Of a stretch of DNA of 64,000 bases, positions 20,640-34,609 are shown piece by piece. Both the position numbers and the translations under genes were made by a program. A model generated the notes under the pieces. It was not told where the DNA came from. It saw only the letters and a list, made by a program, of their open reading frames with translations, and made no database searches. Source of the stretch: Squalus acanthias (Eukaryota); assembly GCA_030390025.1 (NCBI GenBank), contig CM059431.1:117554001-117618000 (forward strand), written 5' to 3'. Numbering within the stretch: the stretch's first letter is position 1; the number at the start of each line of letters is the position of its first letter.

Positions 20640-23600
20640 CCCTCTCTCCTGTCGTTATGCCTCCTTTTAATTCCCCCCTCTAGAGTACTCTGCCCGCCCA
20701 AATCCCGACCCCAACACTTCAGCATTCCTCAAAGTTCTTACTCTCATACCACCGCCCCAGGCTTGGCCCCCTCTTAGATAAGCCTACGACTTCCCTCTGT
20801 GCCTCTCTTGGCATCCTCCGAAGGGCCCATCGAGGCACTCATCGCTGTCTCTTTATGAGCAGCAACCCCAACTGTGCCATCCTACTCTCTGGCCGACCTT
20901 CCCGCACAGTGTGCCCGCTGGGGGCTAATCTTTCTTATCTCCTTCCCTTCCCACTCACCCCTTCCAATGCTGACCCTGTGGACTCTGCCACTGGATTAGG
21001 TATCACCACCCCTCTCTGCATCTCCCTCCAGAATGTTAGTTTACTTGTGAACAAGGCCCTTGGCATCTATAAGCTTATTGTGGATGATTGCATCGACATC
21101 ATGGCCTTGACTGAAACTTCGCTGAAGGGTGATGACACCTTCCCCCTAAATGAAGCCTCCCCGCCTGGCTATGCCTTCGACAACTTGCCCCGCCCAGACT
21201 ATTGGCAGTGTGGCTCTTATCTCCAAATCACACCTTGGTCTGTCCCCCTACTCCTCTGGCACTTCTCCTCCTTTAAGCATCTCACCTTGTTCCACCCCTC
21301 TCGCCTCTCATTTAAAATCCTGCGTCTCTACCTCCCACCCAAGTACCATGACAATTTTCTCACCGAGATATCGTCACTGCTTTCCTCCCTCAGCCTCTGC
21401 ACCGAGCGACTTCTAATCCTCAGTTATTTCAACCTCCATCTCAACTCATCATAGTCTCTCTCCTCTGAGTTCACTGCCCTCCTATCATCCCTTAATCTCT
21501 CCCTCCATATAAACTCGCCTACCCATATTCACGGCCACCCTCTTGACCATGCCATCTAATGTGGCTTCGCTACTCCCATCGTGTCAATCACATATAAGGA
21601 CATCTCTGATCACTTCCTTGTATCGCTCTCCACCCACAACCCTACTTCCTTCTGTGTCCGCCCCTGAAAAAAAACACTCTCCCAATTTACTTACAGCTGC
21701 ACTTTCAAAATCCCATAATGCCTAGCCTTTGACCCTCCATTCATTTATGCAGCTATCGAGCTTCTCAACCACACCCTCACCTCCAACTTTGATGCCCTGG
21801 TCCCCATTAAAACCATTACTCTCTCTCACCCTGGTATTCCCCTGGTATGGCCCTCATCTCTGCTCCCTGAAGTCCAAGGGACACAGATTTGAACATATAT
21901 GGCAGACAACTAGTTTAGCCATTCACCGCCAGATCTAGCTGGACCACATAAAGCACTATCGGGTCCTGCTCTCGTCTGCCAAAACTGCTCACTATTCCAG
22001 GATGATCCAGAATTCAAAGATAACCCCCAGCTTCTTTTCTCTACTGCAAACCGTCTTCTTAAACTCCTCTATCCATCTCCTCCACCCTCACCTCCAACAA
22101 CAAGTATGAGGAGCTCATTGACTTCTTTGTCACTAAGATTGAGACCATCCGTTCTGCTGCCTCTGCCGCATCCCTCCCTTCCCCTAGCCCACTGGGCCTA
22201 ACTTTCTCTAAGGTTCCCCCCTGCCCTAGTCCTGAACTCACATCTTTCTCTAGTTTCTCTTCTATCTCCCCTCATGCCCTCTCCGAGCTCATCTTGTTCA
22301 TGAAACCCACCTCCTGTTCCCTCGACCCTATTACCGCTAAACTGCTGTCCTCCCCTCTCTCCTCAGGTACTGTCCCCCTATCCTTCAAATCTGCCGTCAT
22401 CATCCCTCTCCTCAAAAAAACAACCATTGATCCCTCCGTCCTTGCAAACTACCGCCCCATCTCCAACCTCTCTTTCCTCTCCAGAATCCTTGACCATGAT
22501 GTTGCCTCTCAAATCCGTGCCCATCTTTCCTGGGACTCCATGTTTGAATCCCTCCAAACAGGTTTCCGCCTCTGCCACAGTACTGAATTGGCTCATCATC
22601 AAAGTCACAAATGACACCCTTTGTAACTGTGACAAAGGTAAACTATCCCTCCTCATCCTCCTTGACTTGTCTGCAGCCTTTGACATGGTTTACCACTCCA
22701 TCCTCCTCCAACGCTTTCTCCACCGTCGTCCAGCTGGGTAGGACTGCACTCGCCTGGTTCCATTCTTATCTATCCAGTTGTAGCCAGAGAATCACCTGCA
22801 ATGGCTTCTCTTCCCACTCCCACACCATTACCTCAGATGTCCCCCAAGAATATCCTTGGCTCCCTCTATTTCTCATCTACATGCTGCCCCTAGGTGACAT
22901 CATTCGAAAACACTGCATCAGTTTGCACATGTACGCTGATGACACCCAGCTCTACCTCACCACCACCTCTCTCTCGACCCCTCCATGGTCTCTAAATTGT
23001 CAGACTGCTTGTCTGATTTCCAGTACTGGATGAGCAGGAATTTCCTCCAACTAAATATTGGAAAGACCGAAGCCATTGCCTTCAGTCCCGCCACAAACTC
23101 CATTCCCTAGCTATTGACTCCATCCCTCTCATGCACCTCATCTATGCCTTTGTTATCTCTAGACTTGACTATTCCAATGCAGTCCTGGCTGGCCTCTCAC
23201 GTTCTACCCTCCGTAAACTTGAGGTCATCCAAAATCTCGGCTGCCCGTGTCCTAACTCGCACCAAGTCCCGTTCATCCAACACCCCTGTGCTTGCTGACG
23301 TACATTGGCTCCCGGTTAAGCAACGCCTCGATTTCAAAATTCTCATCCTTATTTTCAAATCCCTCCATGGTCTCGCCGCTCCCTATCTCTGTAACCTCCT
23401 CCAGCCCTACAACCCTCTGAGAAATCTGCGCTCCTCTAATTCTGGCCTCTTGAGCATCCCTGATTTTAATCGCTCAACCTTTGGCGGCCGCACCTTCAGC
23501 TGCCAAGGCCCTCAGCTCTGGAATTCCCTCCCTTATCTCTCCACGTCTCTACTTTTCTTTCTTCCTTTAAGACGCTCCTTAAAACCTAGCTCTTTGACCA

Positions 23601-23737
23601 AGCTTTTGGTCATCTGCCCTAACATCTCCAGATATGGCTCGGTGTCAAATTTTTCTCTGATAACGCGCCTGTGATGTGCCTTGGGACGTTTTACTATAGT
23701 AAAGGCACTATATAAATACAAGTTGTTGTTGTTGTTG
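20640..23737 (+). mobile_element. L2 LINE, degenerate ORF2 (endonuclease and RT)
   Basis: ALTETSLK, NYRPISNL, LLDLSAAFD, HMYADDTQLY, HWLPVKQR; (TTG)n tail. 5' boundary approximate. Confidence 0.9.
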
Positions 23738-23821
23738 TATTTTTGTCTCGGTGTAAAATTCGCCTAGTAGCCAATTCAATTAAGTTTTGTCCTTTTTCCC
23801 CTCAGCAGGTGCAAGGACTCA

Positions 23822-26800
23822 GGTGCCGATAAATTTGGTCCCGTAGTGCCCAGTTTTTTGGTGCTGATTCAAGTCCAAAATGGCGTCTGAGGAGCACGCA
23901 CACACTTCTGGTGCAGGCCGCATCGGACGCCATTTTGGGTAAGTCGTTAGCGTGGGCGCTAGTTTCGTGCGGCGGAAGTATGCAGAGTAGGCAGATCGTG
24001 ATGTCAATCAGCGTGTAACGTTGATTTTATGCCAGCGCTGCCATTTTCGACCTCAACGCTGGAGCTAACGCCCTCTCTTAACCTCGCACAGCTGAGCATG
24101 CATTCAGCAGCAGGAAGGACTCCCTACCTCCGCTAGTTAAAGGGATTATCACCTGCTTTCAGGACAGTTACTGATTGATTTGTACTGGCTCTTGGTGAGT
24201 TTGTAGAGGTGTTTCTTGGTGTGTTAACTTATTTGAAGTTGCTGAAGCGTCCAGCGAGTGGTGCGGCAGGTTACTTCAAAGGGTCCGCTCAGACCAGTTG
24301 CTCCCAGACATGGGTGCAGTAGTTTGTATCCCCCTTGGCCTACAGCATGACAGGGAGAATGAGCACAGGTGACACCGAAGAGGACAAGTTGCTAGAAGAG
24401 GGAGGAGGAGGAGGGGGAGAAGGGCTCTTAGCAGGAGGCCATATCCACCCAGGGTCTTTAGGGAGCAATTCTCCTGCCTCAACCTCAGCGAGGAACAGTG
24501 TTTGTGACATCTCCATTTCACTAAGGAGGTGCTCACTGAAATCTGCCACCTGTTGCAGGAGAACTGCAGCCTCAGAGCCAGACGAGGACAGCATTGCCAG
24601 TGGCTGTCAAGGTGAGCGTGGCCATTAACTTATATCTGTCGGGCTCCTTCCAGGCTGGAGCAGGCGATATTTCCAACTTCTCCCAGTTCACTGTGCACTG
24701 TTGCTTAAGGGAGGTCACTGAGGTTCTGTATGTAAAGAGAGGTGAATACATTTTATTCTCTTAGACAGAGAGAAGCAGGCGGAGAGAGAACGCAGCTCAC
24801 CAGGATAGCAGGCTTCCCATGGTGCCGGGTGCCATTGTTTGGACACCCGTCACTTTGCGGACGCTACATGTGAACTTGGAGATGTACCACAACCGGAAGG
24901 GATTCCACTCCCTCAATATCCAGCTGGTGTGCGACCATACTCAGCACATCATGCAGGTCAGTGCTCAGTATCCTGGCATCAGTCATAATGCCTTCATTCT
25001 GCGGCAGTCCACTGTACTTTCCACATTTGAGCCACCACGACAAACCAGAGGGTGGCTATTGGGCCACAAGGGCTATCCGCTGACCATCTGGCTCATGACT
25101 CCGGAGTGCAACCCAAGCTCACGTGAGCAGCATGCATATAACGAAAGCCATGCTGGCACACGGAATCTGATAGAGCAGACGATCGGCTTGCTTAAACAGC
25201 GCTTCCGCTGCTTGGACTGCTCTGGAGGAGCCCTGCAGTACTCGCCAGAGCGCGCCTCAAGGTTCATTGTGGTCTGCTCCACAGCCTCGCCATCATGAGG
25301 GCACAGCCCCTTCCACCACGTATACGGCGAAGAACTGAGAAGGAAGAGGAAGGGAGGAGGCAACCGACACAGCCCTTTCTGGCCGGGCTGTCTGTGATCG
25401 ACTCATTCGACTGCAGTACCAGTGAATGCAACCCCAATTCCCCATTCACCAACAGTCCCACATCCCGCCTCCTTCAGTTACTGACCATCGCAGCGTCCTC
25501 TTGGCCACAATGCTAAAATAAAAGCCACCACTAAACAAACATTCCAAACCAAATTTTTTAATCAAACCATACAATATTACATTCCAAAGTCAACTCATCA
25601 CCCTTGTGCATTCCCTTAGTGCCTGCCTTCCATGTGCCTTTGCCTGTCCTAGTGCTCCTGCACAGTGCTGCCCCAATCCCTGCAGCATGGCTGGTGGAAG
25701 GCTGCTGACTTTCAGTGGAGGAGACTGCAGATGGCCTTGGAGGACGACCTCGAGCATCTCTGGACCTAGAAGGCCCGGCTTCAGGCTGCACCACCTCAGC
25801 ATGAGCGGCAGCAGTCTGGGCTGGCTGGTTGAAAGGCAAAAGCAAGGGCACTGGCGGAGAGGCAGAGGTGGGAGAACGAATGCAGTCATCCTGAGAGAGG
25901 ACAGAAGGTTCGCGCTCCACGGAGCCACTGCCACTCCACTGGGACGGTGCCTCAGCATTCCTAGTAATCTGATGGAGGACAGATTGCTGGACTGCTGTGA
26001 CGCCCTGCAAGCCCCTTTCAACACGAACCACAGGCATGATGGCAACAGTCTGTGCTTACACGGTGACAAGCTGAGCTTGCATAACTTCAGTCTGAGCTTT
26101 CACTGCAGCACTCAGACATTGGGTGGCTTCTGCTTGTGTTGCAATGGAAGCTGAGACATCGGCCATCAGATGCTGCATCATGGTTCGGTCCACAAGTGCG
26201 CTAATGGATTTGCCCATCACTTCAACACTTGAAAGGATAGGTTCCAAGCTCTGCACAAAGCCCTGTGAAAGGTTGGTGCTGGACTCCTCCATGCTCCTTG
26301 GCATTGCATTCAGGCTTTCTGGCAGGCCTGTCAATGCAGCAAGCATCTCATTGTGCATACCCATCAGCATTCTTCTTAGGCTGCCCCATCAAAATCCTCA
26401 TCTGAGTCCTGTGCAGCAGGTGAGCTGGCACCTGCGCCACCCTTTCCCCCTGCTTGGCTGCAGCCTACTTGTGCCCAGTGACTCACCACGTGCAGATCCC
26501 GCCTCTATGCTACCCTTTAAAGTAAGTGCAGTGTCGTATCTGAGCTGGTGGCTGCGAGTGTGAGATCGAGCGATGGTGCTGTGTCTTCAGCATCACTGCC
26601 TTCTTCCTCTTGCAGATCCTGCTCCTCCACCACTGCCTGGCTAGGTCGGAGTTCTTGGCTACCTGAAAGGAGACAGACACAATGGTAGGGTTGTGGTGAG
26701 GGAGTGCAGTGGGGTGGGGGGAAGCAAGAGGTGCATGCTTACACCATCTGCAGCTTCTAAATCAAAAGAGATTGTGGGATGTGGGGAAGTGGGATGTGAG

Positions 26801-27808
26801 AAGGAGGATTCGGAATGAAGATACCTTGCAGTGTTTTGGCCGCGCCACTCGCAACAGCCTCAGCGATGGTCGCTCCAATAATCTCCAGCACCGTCTCCTC
26901 CATTAGGGTAAGGTTATGCAGTCGTGCCTGTCTACCTGTGTGTAGCCCCTGCTGCCTGTGGTTATGAGCCACCTTGTCCTGCAAAAGAGAGGGATGTGTG
27001 TAAGTGAATGTGGTGCAATGTGCTTGGGTGATGTGCCTGTCATGGTTGAATAGTTGGCAGTGTGTGCAAGCTGTGAGATGTGGGTGTGAGACTTGTAGCA
27101 CTGCTAAGTGTGTGAGGAGAGGTGAAGCTATGCATGTGAGGTATGAATGTGAGGTATGAGTGAGGATTGATAGAGATTGTTGTTAGGTGAGTGAAGGCGG
27201 CGTGGTGAATTGAGCAGTGTCTGAAGCTAGTAGTTCAGTGTAAGGATATGGCATTTGAGGATGAATCCACTGACCTTGACCACTCCTGTGAGGTTATTGA
27301 ACTTCTTGTGGCATTGCATCCAGATCCTCGGGGCTACACTGCTGGCATTGACCACAACGGCTATCTGCTCCCATTGCCTTTTCTGCATTTGCCTGGAGGA
27401 CACCCTGTGGAAAAAGGAACTCTCTCCTCCTGTCCACCTCCTGCACAAAGGCCTCCAGTGCTGCATTTGAGAACCTTGGAGCTCGCTCTCTCCCCTGTTG
27501 TGCCATTGTACTTCTTCCTGCTCACACTCAGACAGTTGAATCACCTGCTGTAGCCAGAAAGCACTTCCCCTTTAATTAGTGCAGGCTAGCTTTAATTGGT
27601 GCAGGCTAGCTTTAATTGGTGCTAGCCTCGCACAAACTTGGCCCCCCTGCTGAGCATGCAGCCACTCAGCAGTGCGTTCATCTCTGGGCTGAACGCCACA
27701 ACCATTCTAATTAGCAGGCAGCACGAAGTTTGCGTGCTACCTGCATTACTTTGTGAGTTGATCCCGCGTCGCAGTGCCCGTTTTCGGAGACAAATGAATA
27801 TTTAGCCC
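23822..27808 (+). mobile_element. Harbinger transposon, degenerate, two convergent genes
   Basis: Transposase remnants about 24310-25420 (NRKGFHSLNIQLVCD, GHKGYPL, IEQTIG); Myb/SANT gene on minus. Ends approximate. Confidence 0.85.
25590..27506 (-). pseudogene. Harbinger Myb/SANT DNA-binding protein pseudogene, three exons (27506-27275, 26978-26825, 26662-about 25590)
   Basis: RAPRFSNAALEAFVQEV...WEQIA...WMQCHKKFNNL; GT-AG boundaries match the copy at 62099. Confidence 0.75.
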
Positions 27809-28252
27809 AGGCACTTTTGGCAATGAATGTGATGAGCACCTCTAGTTAGATGTGAAACCCACCTCATCAGGTGCTAAAGCTCAGGCTTTGTGATGCTTAT
27901 AACTTACACATATTCTAACAGCGGAACAAACCATTTGTCAACAAAGTGTGGCAGAAACTCTGGGGCAATTTTAATATAAGCTGCCCGTCATGCAACTGAC
28001 GGGATCGGGTGCAATGCTGGTTTTACACCCCACTGTTGAGTGGAGTGTAAAACTAGCATTCCACCCGATCCCATAGGTTTCACCCCCTCTGTCTCTGTAA
28101 GTAATGGAAAAGCCACCTCTAAATAAGAGGGTACTCTCTCTTGCTGATGAGGTAAAAATAATTGCGATGCTGAATAGTATTAATTTCCCAGATTCCCAGA
28201 GTGAAATCGCTAAACACCCTGGTGTATCACAGCCTTTTGTAATGTATATATT

Positions 28253-28997
28253 GGCCCAGAAATTAAACACCGAGTGTTCACGCGGGGGATAAGGCTTCCC
28301 CGCGATATCTCACTCCGCGCCTACCTTTTTCCTCCGGGCCCACACAAACTTTAGTTTCAAGGCTGCAGCTGTGCAGTGCTTTTGTGACCCAGAGACGCAA
28401 TTAGTTCGTGCGAGCTCTGAGATCACGTGATTCAGTTAGAGCCAATGGCAGCACACCATCTTTCATTCATAGTTTTGACAGCAAGGGTTGTCAAAGCTAT
28501 GAATACTATACCCCCCCAAAAGAACAGCTAAACCTCAATTAAATTTTTTTAAAAAGCCATCACATTAATAAAATAAGTATAGTTAAATAAATTAACCACT
28601 TTAAACAAAAAATTAAATTTTTGAAAAATTTTAAATCTTTTTAAAAGTTATAAAAATAAACTTACCTTTCTTTAAAGTCTCTAAAAAAGATAAACCTGTT
28701 GAAAAAAGTTTAAAATAATACTTAATTAACTACTTACCTTGTTAAAAGAGGGTCTTACGCCTCCTTTCTTTATGTGTAAAATCTTCCATGCTTACCTGCG
28801 CGTTCAAAGCACTAAGTGCACTGCGTGTGCGCAGCCTGTAGCGTGCACGCGGTTCACTTAGGAAACGCCCCCTTTTGAATTCACGAAGTGCCGGTTTCCC
28901 GCGCATGCGCAGTGCATGCTGGAAACCGGCAATTGGAGACCTAAAACGCGAGAGTACACAGTGCTTACTCTCGCGTATTAGGTCTAATTTTCGGGCC
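28253..28997. mobile_element. Harbinger-type MITE with AT-rich core
   Basis: GGCCCAGAAATT...AATTTTCGGGCC with ATT on both sides; related to 56961-57612. Confidence 0.7.
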
Positions 28998-31392
28998 ATT
29001 GTAATGAAGCAAATGACATAAATAAACTATTAGTTATATATGACAACATTGTGACCATTTTTATACTACTGTAATTCCAATCCAGTTTGCCTTCCACCGT
29101 TAGCTTCTTGCCAAACTTGGTGAAACCGTTAAAACAGATAAAAGAATAGAACATTTAAGTGGAAAAATCAATATTCATTTATCAGTTTTCGTCTGTTCTT
29201 CAAAACCAGTTGCATTTTAATTTAATATGTATTCAGAGACATTTTCTATGGTTTGCGCCCAGGGGTGCCTGGATACAGTAAATCGCAGAAAATTGGAGTG
29301 CACTCCCGCACAGGAAACCTATCCGATGAAGAAACATCAGATGGGTTCATTTCCAGATGTGTGATTTTCCAGCATTTTTTTCATCTGGGTGATTCAGGTG
29401 ACTCAGTTCCAGGAAAATCTCACCCTATTCTTTGTTAACTTTACACAAGTCTAGATGAGCATGGCAACCATGAAAAAGAAAAAGAAAACCAAGCACAGGG
29501 TTTTTCAGCTTCATCGTTAGCACAAACAAACCAAATAAAGTAACATATATTGCAGCTTAGGTCTTCTGCGTACACACCGATGGCCAGTGGATATCAGAAA
29601 ATCTAGGTCTATACGAGTACGTGTAGCACAAGTAAAAAAATATAAGTGTTAATCAGGCATGATTGAACAGCAAAAAAACTCACCCAATTTGGGAGTATCA
29701 CGTCATCATACAAGTGGAACTGGAAAGCATGCTCTAATCAAACCATTTTTTCTAATGCAAGAGGAAATGGTACATCTGTAGTTGCATATTTGGGGCAACT
29801 TTCTGAGCTTGCACTCCTGGCATCAATCCTTGCCCATTAGGACTGCATATATTTGCCTGTACAACCCCAGTATTTTTCCATCCATTGTTTTGCTTACCAG
29901 AAGCACATATTAGGAATTTAGGCATGCATCCCTGATTACTTCCTGCCTGCTAAAATGGAAAATCGTGAGGATGTGTGTCTGAGTTTGTAACAGGTGCTTC
30001 TGGCAGACAGGGCTCCATGCAGAGACTGCAAGCTCCCGAAGCTCAGCCCCTATCTCAACCAATACTATCAAAAAACAGATGTTCTTACATAACAGCGGTA
30101 ACTGCACTTCAAAGTAATTCATTGTATGTGAAGTTCTTGGAGACATTTCTGAAAGATGTAATAAGGCTCCTTGAAGTCTTTCTTTTGCATAAGAATAATT
30201 AATAGTTTGTTCCCCTGATATTCAGGCTGTTCTATTTTTATATATAAAATAATCATGATTTGCAAATATCACATTAAAGAAATTAATTCATGTCCATTTT
30301 ATACTTCCCTTCGCCTCTTGTTCCCTCTAGCTTGACGTCCTTATTTCCATTTTGCATTAAGACATCTTTTTCTCAAACTGGCTCGAGGACAGAAGTTTTT
30401 ATCCCAAGGTGAAATTTTTCAGCCTAACAGATGTGAAGTCAATCATTGTTAATGATGCTAAAAAGAGCAGCTTGCATTGTTTTGTTTTCTGCAATAATGA
30501 TCACACTGCCACCAATATATACAGTGCATTCGACCATTGTAATCAGTTTGAAGAATTGAAATAAACTAACCACAGTTCTAAAAACAAACAATAATTTCTC
30601 TCCAAATTCAAAATTCAGTCACAGATGCAGCATTTTCATTCTTTTCTTCACAAATTGGCTCCTTGACACTAAAACAATAATAATAGCAATTTTACAAACA
30701 TGGTCGAACAGTACCACTGTAACCTTTGTAACAAAATTTAAACAACAAATTGTGGAGCTCTTTACCTCACATCAGAAGGTTAACTATTTCTACCTTTCCT
30801 TCTCCCTCCCGCAAGTAATGGATAGCTTTCTTCCATTGCCTTTAGCTCCCAATGACATCTCATTCCCTCTCTGATTGTAAGGAAGCAACTCTGCCAATAT
30901 CTTTGTGTGATTTCATATAAGAATATAGTTTTAACAGTTTTATACATTAGCTTTATTGCAGATTTGAATTTTTTAAATTTTCATAGGTGTGAGGCTTAAT
31001 TTTAACCCTATTCACTCAGCGGAAACCTGACGCGTGGGCAGTTACCTGTCCGAAAGCTGCCATGATCGCAACATCTGCAATTTTAACCTGCTCTCCTGAG
31101 CGGGCAGCAAGGACACACGCCCGGAGCCAACAGGGTCCTTCTTTACATATGTATGTTGCAGACTGATGACATCATTGAGATCTGACTGTAATTTTAACTT
31201 TTAACTAAGGCCTGAGCGGGGAATCCGCCTGGAGTTAAAATCGGGACCATGAACAGTGTAAATAAAAATCAGGAGAGATGTAAAATGGGTTGCCGATTTG
31301 CTATCACTCATTTTACACAATTGCACAAAGTCAAAATTACCCCCGCTTTGACTTGATGACAATGCAAGGCGTACAGCATAATTCAGGAATTG

Positions 31393-31925
31393 GGGGGCGA
31401 TTTTCCCAGCCCCGAGGAGGCGGGTATGGAGGCGGGACTGCCGGGAAAATGGCAGAATTTGGGGGCAGGTGCCCAACCCGCCCCCCAACCCGCCCCCCAA
31501 CCCGCCTCCATGCCATCTTGCCAGGAGGCGGGTAGCCGTTGCACGCCGGGTCCTGTCTCCTTGGAGGCGGGAAGGGACTAAAGCCTATTAACTGCCTGTT
31601 AACAGCGAGGTGAGTACTGGGTCTGCGGGGGTCGGGGGGGGTGCAAAAGTGTGGTGGGAAGTGAAGGTAAGTGATGGGTGCAAGAGTGGAGAGGTGAGTA
31701 TCTGAGGTAAGTGCAAAGTGTTAGTAAAAGTGTACTTACCGTTGTTTCTCCCTGCAGGCTTCAGTCGATGTGTATGCGGAGAGTCTCGGACCTCTGTGCT
31801 GGAGATGACAGATGGCCGTTGCATTCTCAAATGCAACAACCATCTCATTTCTGTAAAAGAAAGAAGTTTGATGAGGTCTTGAATCCAAGACCTCATCAAA
31901 CTACAGAGCAATCTCCACACCGCAA
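31393..31925. mobile_element. Truncated Harbinger-type MITE (35408 family)
   Basis: Clear similarity to 35408-35960 and 55259-55800; right end missing. Confidence 0.7.
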
Positions 31926-33063
31926 TCTGACATTCTGAATTTGCTTAGCAACAGCAAAGTCTAAAATTCCCCTTTTCATTCCACACAGTAGATTAACTTG
32001 ATGTTGCGATTAATGCTGTATCAGTGTACTCTTTCTATTGTAAATACTCTCGAATTACAACTATAACTCTGAAAGGGTCTAGCAAGCTTGCTTGGCAAAT
32101 TTTACTTTTCACAAATAGGTTTGAAAAGAGCATGAGGTATGTGGAAATGTGTTTTTCTTTTACATTCAGGCTAATTTGCTCACTTCAGCAATCACAACTG
32201 AAATGAACAAGCTTCCATGGTAAAGTTACCAACATTAGCACTAGCATACTAAGTGCATCTGTCCCAATCGTTGCATATTTAAACTGTTAAAGCAGTGCTG
32301 CCTGTAATATAAATTATTTGCATGTGGAATCAGGAAGAGCGTCCAAACACTCCCTTTGATTTAGAATGTCTGCATAAAATGGCCATATTGAGTGAGCAAG
32401 AAGTCTTTATGTCTTTTGATACGTAGACCCAGTAATTACTGTTGGGAATATCAGTGGGCTCATATGGGACATTCCATTTTCTGCTATGAGCATCAATGCG
32501 AACTGGAGAGGGCGAAGAGTGCCTACATGATTCTGGATGGAGGGAGGGGAAGAGTGCCTCTGTATCACTATGACAACCATGTAGAAAATGTTGTAATAAT
32601 GTTACAATCAGATGGAGCAACAGAGCATATCAATACCAAATAGCCCACGTTTTCTCCACAAGAAATGAGGGAAAAACCCTGCGATTTTTGCTGCAGTCAT
32701 CCACAATACAAATGATGGCAATTGGGTATGCGAGTAACTTAAGTTAAGACATGCCCATACTTAGTGTGTTTTTAGTGTTATTATAGGATCAATTCAGTGA
32801 ATCTGACTAAAAAAAATAATGGCCCAATGCACGAGGCCTAAATTGCTGGATGCAGTAAGGCCAGCTCAGGAATAAAATGTAAATATATTACCTGTATCAC
32901 TTGGGGTTTATGTAGGGAGATTAACTAAAATATCACAAGTATGTAGACCTTAAAGAACTGCAGCTCTAATTTAAAGGGATGAAGTCACTTAAATAAGAGC
33001 TGTCCAAGCAACAGGTTTAGGGCCACTTGCTGACTCCAAGCCCTGGCAAGCTGGTTCCCATAA

Positions 33064-33690
33064 CCAAGCTAGCAACAAGAGCAGGTCACAGGCTGGGCAT
33101 TCTGTGGCAAGTGTCTCACCTCCTGACTCCCCAAAGCCTTTCCACCATCTACAAGGCACAAGTAAGGAGTGTAATGGAATACTCTCCACTTGCCTGGATG
33201 AGCGCAGCTCCAACAACACTCAAGAAACTTGACACCATCCAGGACAAAGCAGCCCGCTTGATTGGCACCCCATCCACCAACTTAAACATCCACACCCTCC
33301 ACCACCAGCGTACTGTGGCTGCAGTGTATATCATCTACAAGATACACTGCAGCAACTCGCCAAGGCTTCTTCGGCAGCACCTCCCAAACCCGCGACCTCT
33401 TCCACCTAGAAGGACAAGGGCAGCAGGCACATGGGAACACCACCACCTCCAAGATCCCCACCAAGTCACACACCATCCTGACTTGGAAATATATCACCGA
33501 TCCTTCATCGTCGCTGGGTCAAAATCCTGGAACTCCCTCCCTAACAGCACTGTGGGAGCACCTTCACCACACGGACTGCAGCGGTTCAAGAAGGTGGCTC
33601 ACCACCACCTTCTCAGGGGCAATTAGGGATGGTCAATAAATACTGGCCTTGCCAGCGACGCCCACATCCCATAAACAAATTTAAAAAGAA
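33064..33690 (+). mobile_element. LINE 3' fragment (same family as 9558-10567)
   Basis: YKAQVRSVMEYSPLAW...WNSLP; AATAAA and A-rich end. Confidence 0.88.
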
Positions 33691-34609
33691 CTTAGTTGTA
33701 CTTGCATTTGTTTTTTGTTTGCTGGTTTGATCTGTTGGAATTTTGTGGGCCTGGTGGTTTAGAAAGAACTGTCCATGGTGCTGATGTCTCATTGGTGCAT
33801 AAATCCCAAATCAGAAGACCGAGATTTGTTAGTATCAGCAAATTGAGATATATGCATATTAATGGGATAATGGATGACTACTTTATATGTGACCCCAAGG
33901 CTTCATGGTATGCAACATGTGAAGACAAAAGCTGAAACACTTCTGACTTAAAGTTAAGCGGCTGCATGTGGAAATAAAAATTGCTTGAGCTATTTTAAGT
34001 TTTCAGCTTTTGTAAATGCAATGTGGCTAATGGAGGGAGAGGAGTAACGGCTGAGAATGAAAGGATGGAAAACCCAACACAACATACAAAATGGAGTCAG
34101 AGGATAATTGGCAAAGCTGCACTGCACCTGACCCCCTGTTTATTGAGTGGTGAAGTGGGCATATTGTTACATGTTGTGAGTTCAAGGAGCATAGACCTTC
34201 TCATCACTCCATGGACACTCTCTCCAGAGGATGGCAGTGCACCTTAACTGGTAGGATGTGCTGGCCAAGCTGAATGTTGTCCATAATAATTGCAGGAGCT
34301 GGAAACAGAAGTAGAAAAAGATGGTACACTTTAAGGAACTGTGGCAAGTTAAAAGTATCCAACAATATTGTGCACCAAGATAGATAGCCCAAGACTGCAT
34401 GCTGCCAAGTGTTGCCTGTCAGCCCAATGCTCATTTATTGCTCACCCATGCCAAGCCCTCACACAACCTTACAGCTCATTCACTGCTTTTTTATTCATGC
34501 CCATAACTCCTTCGACCATATAATCAAAATGCAACATGCGCTAGAAAGCTCTGCCATACTCACGTCTTCCAAAGGGCTTCCCAAATCAAACAATTATAAC
34601 ACAGTCATG

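Noticed and set aside
32330..32643. Possible host exon
   Set aside because: No recognisable homology or convincing splice pair.
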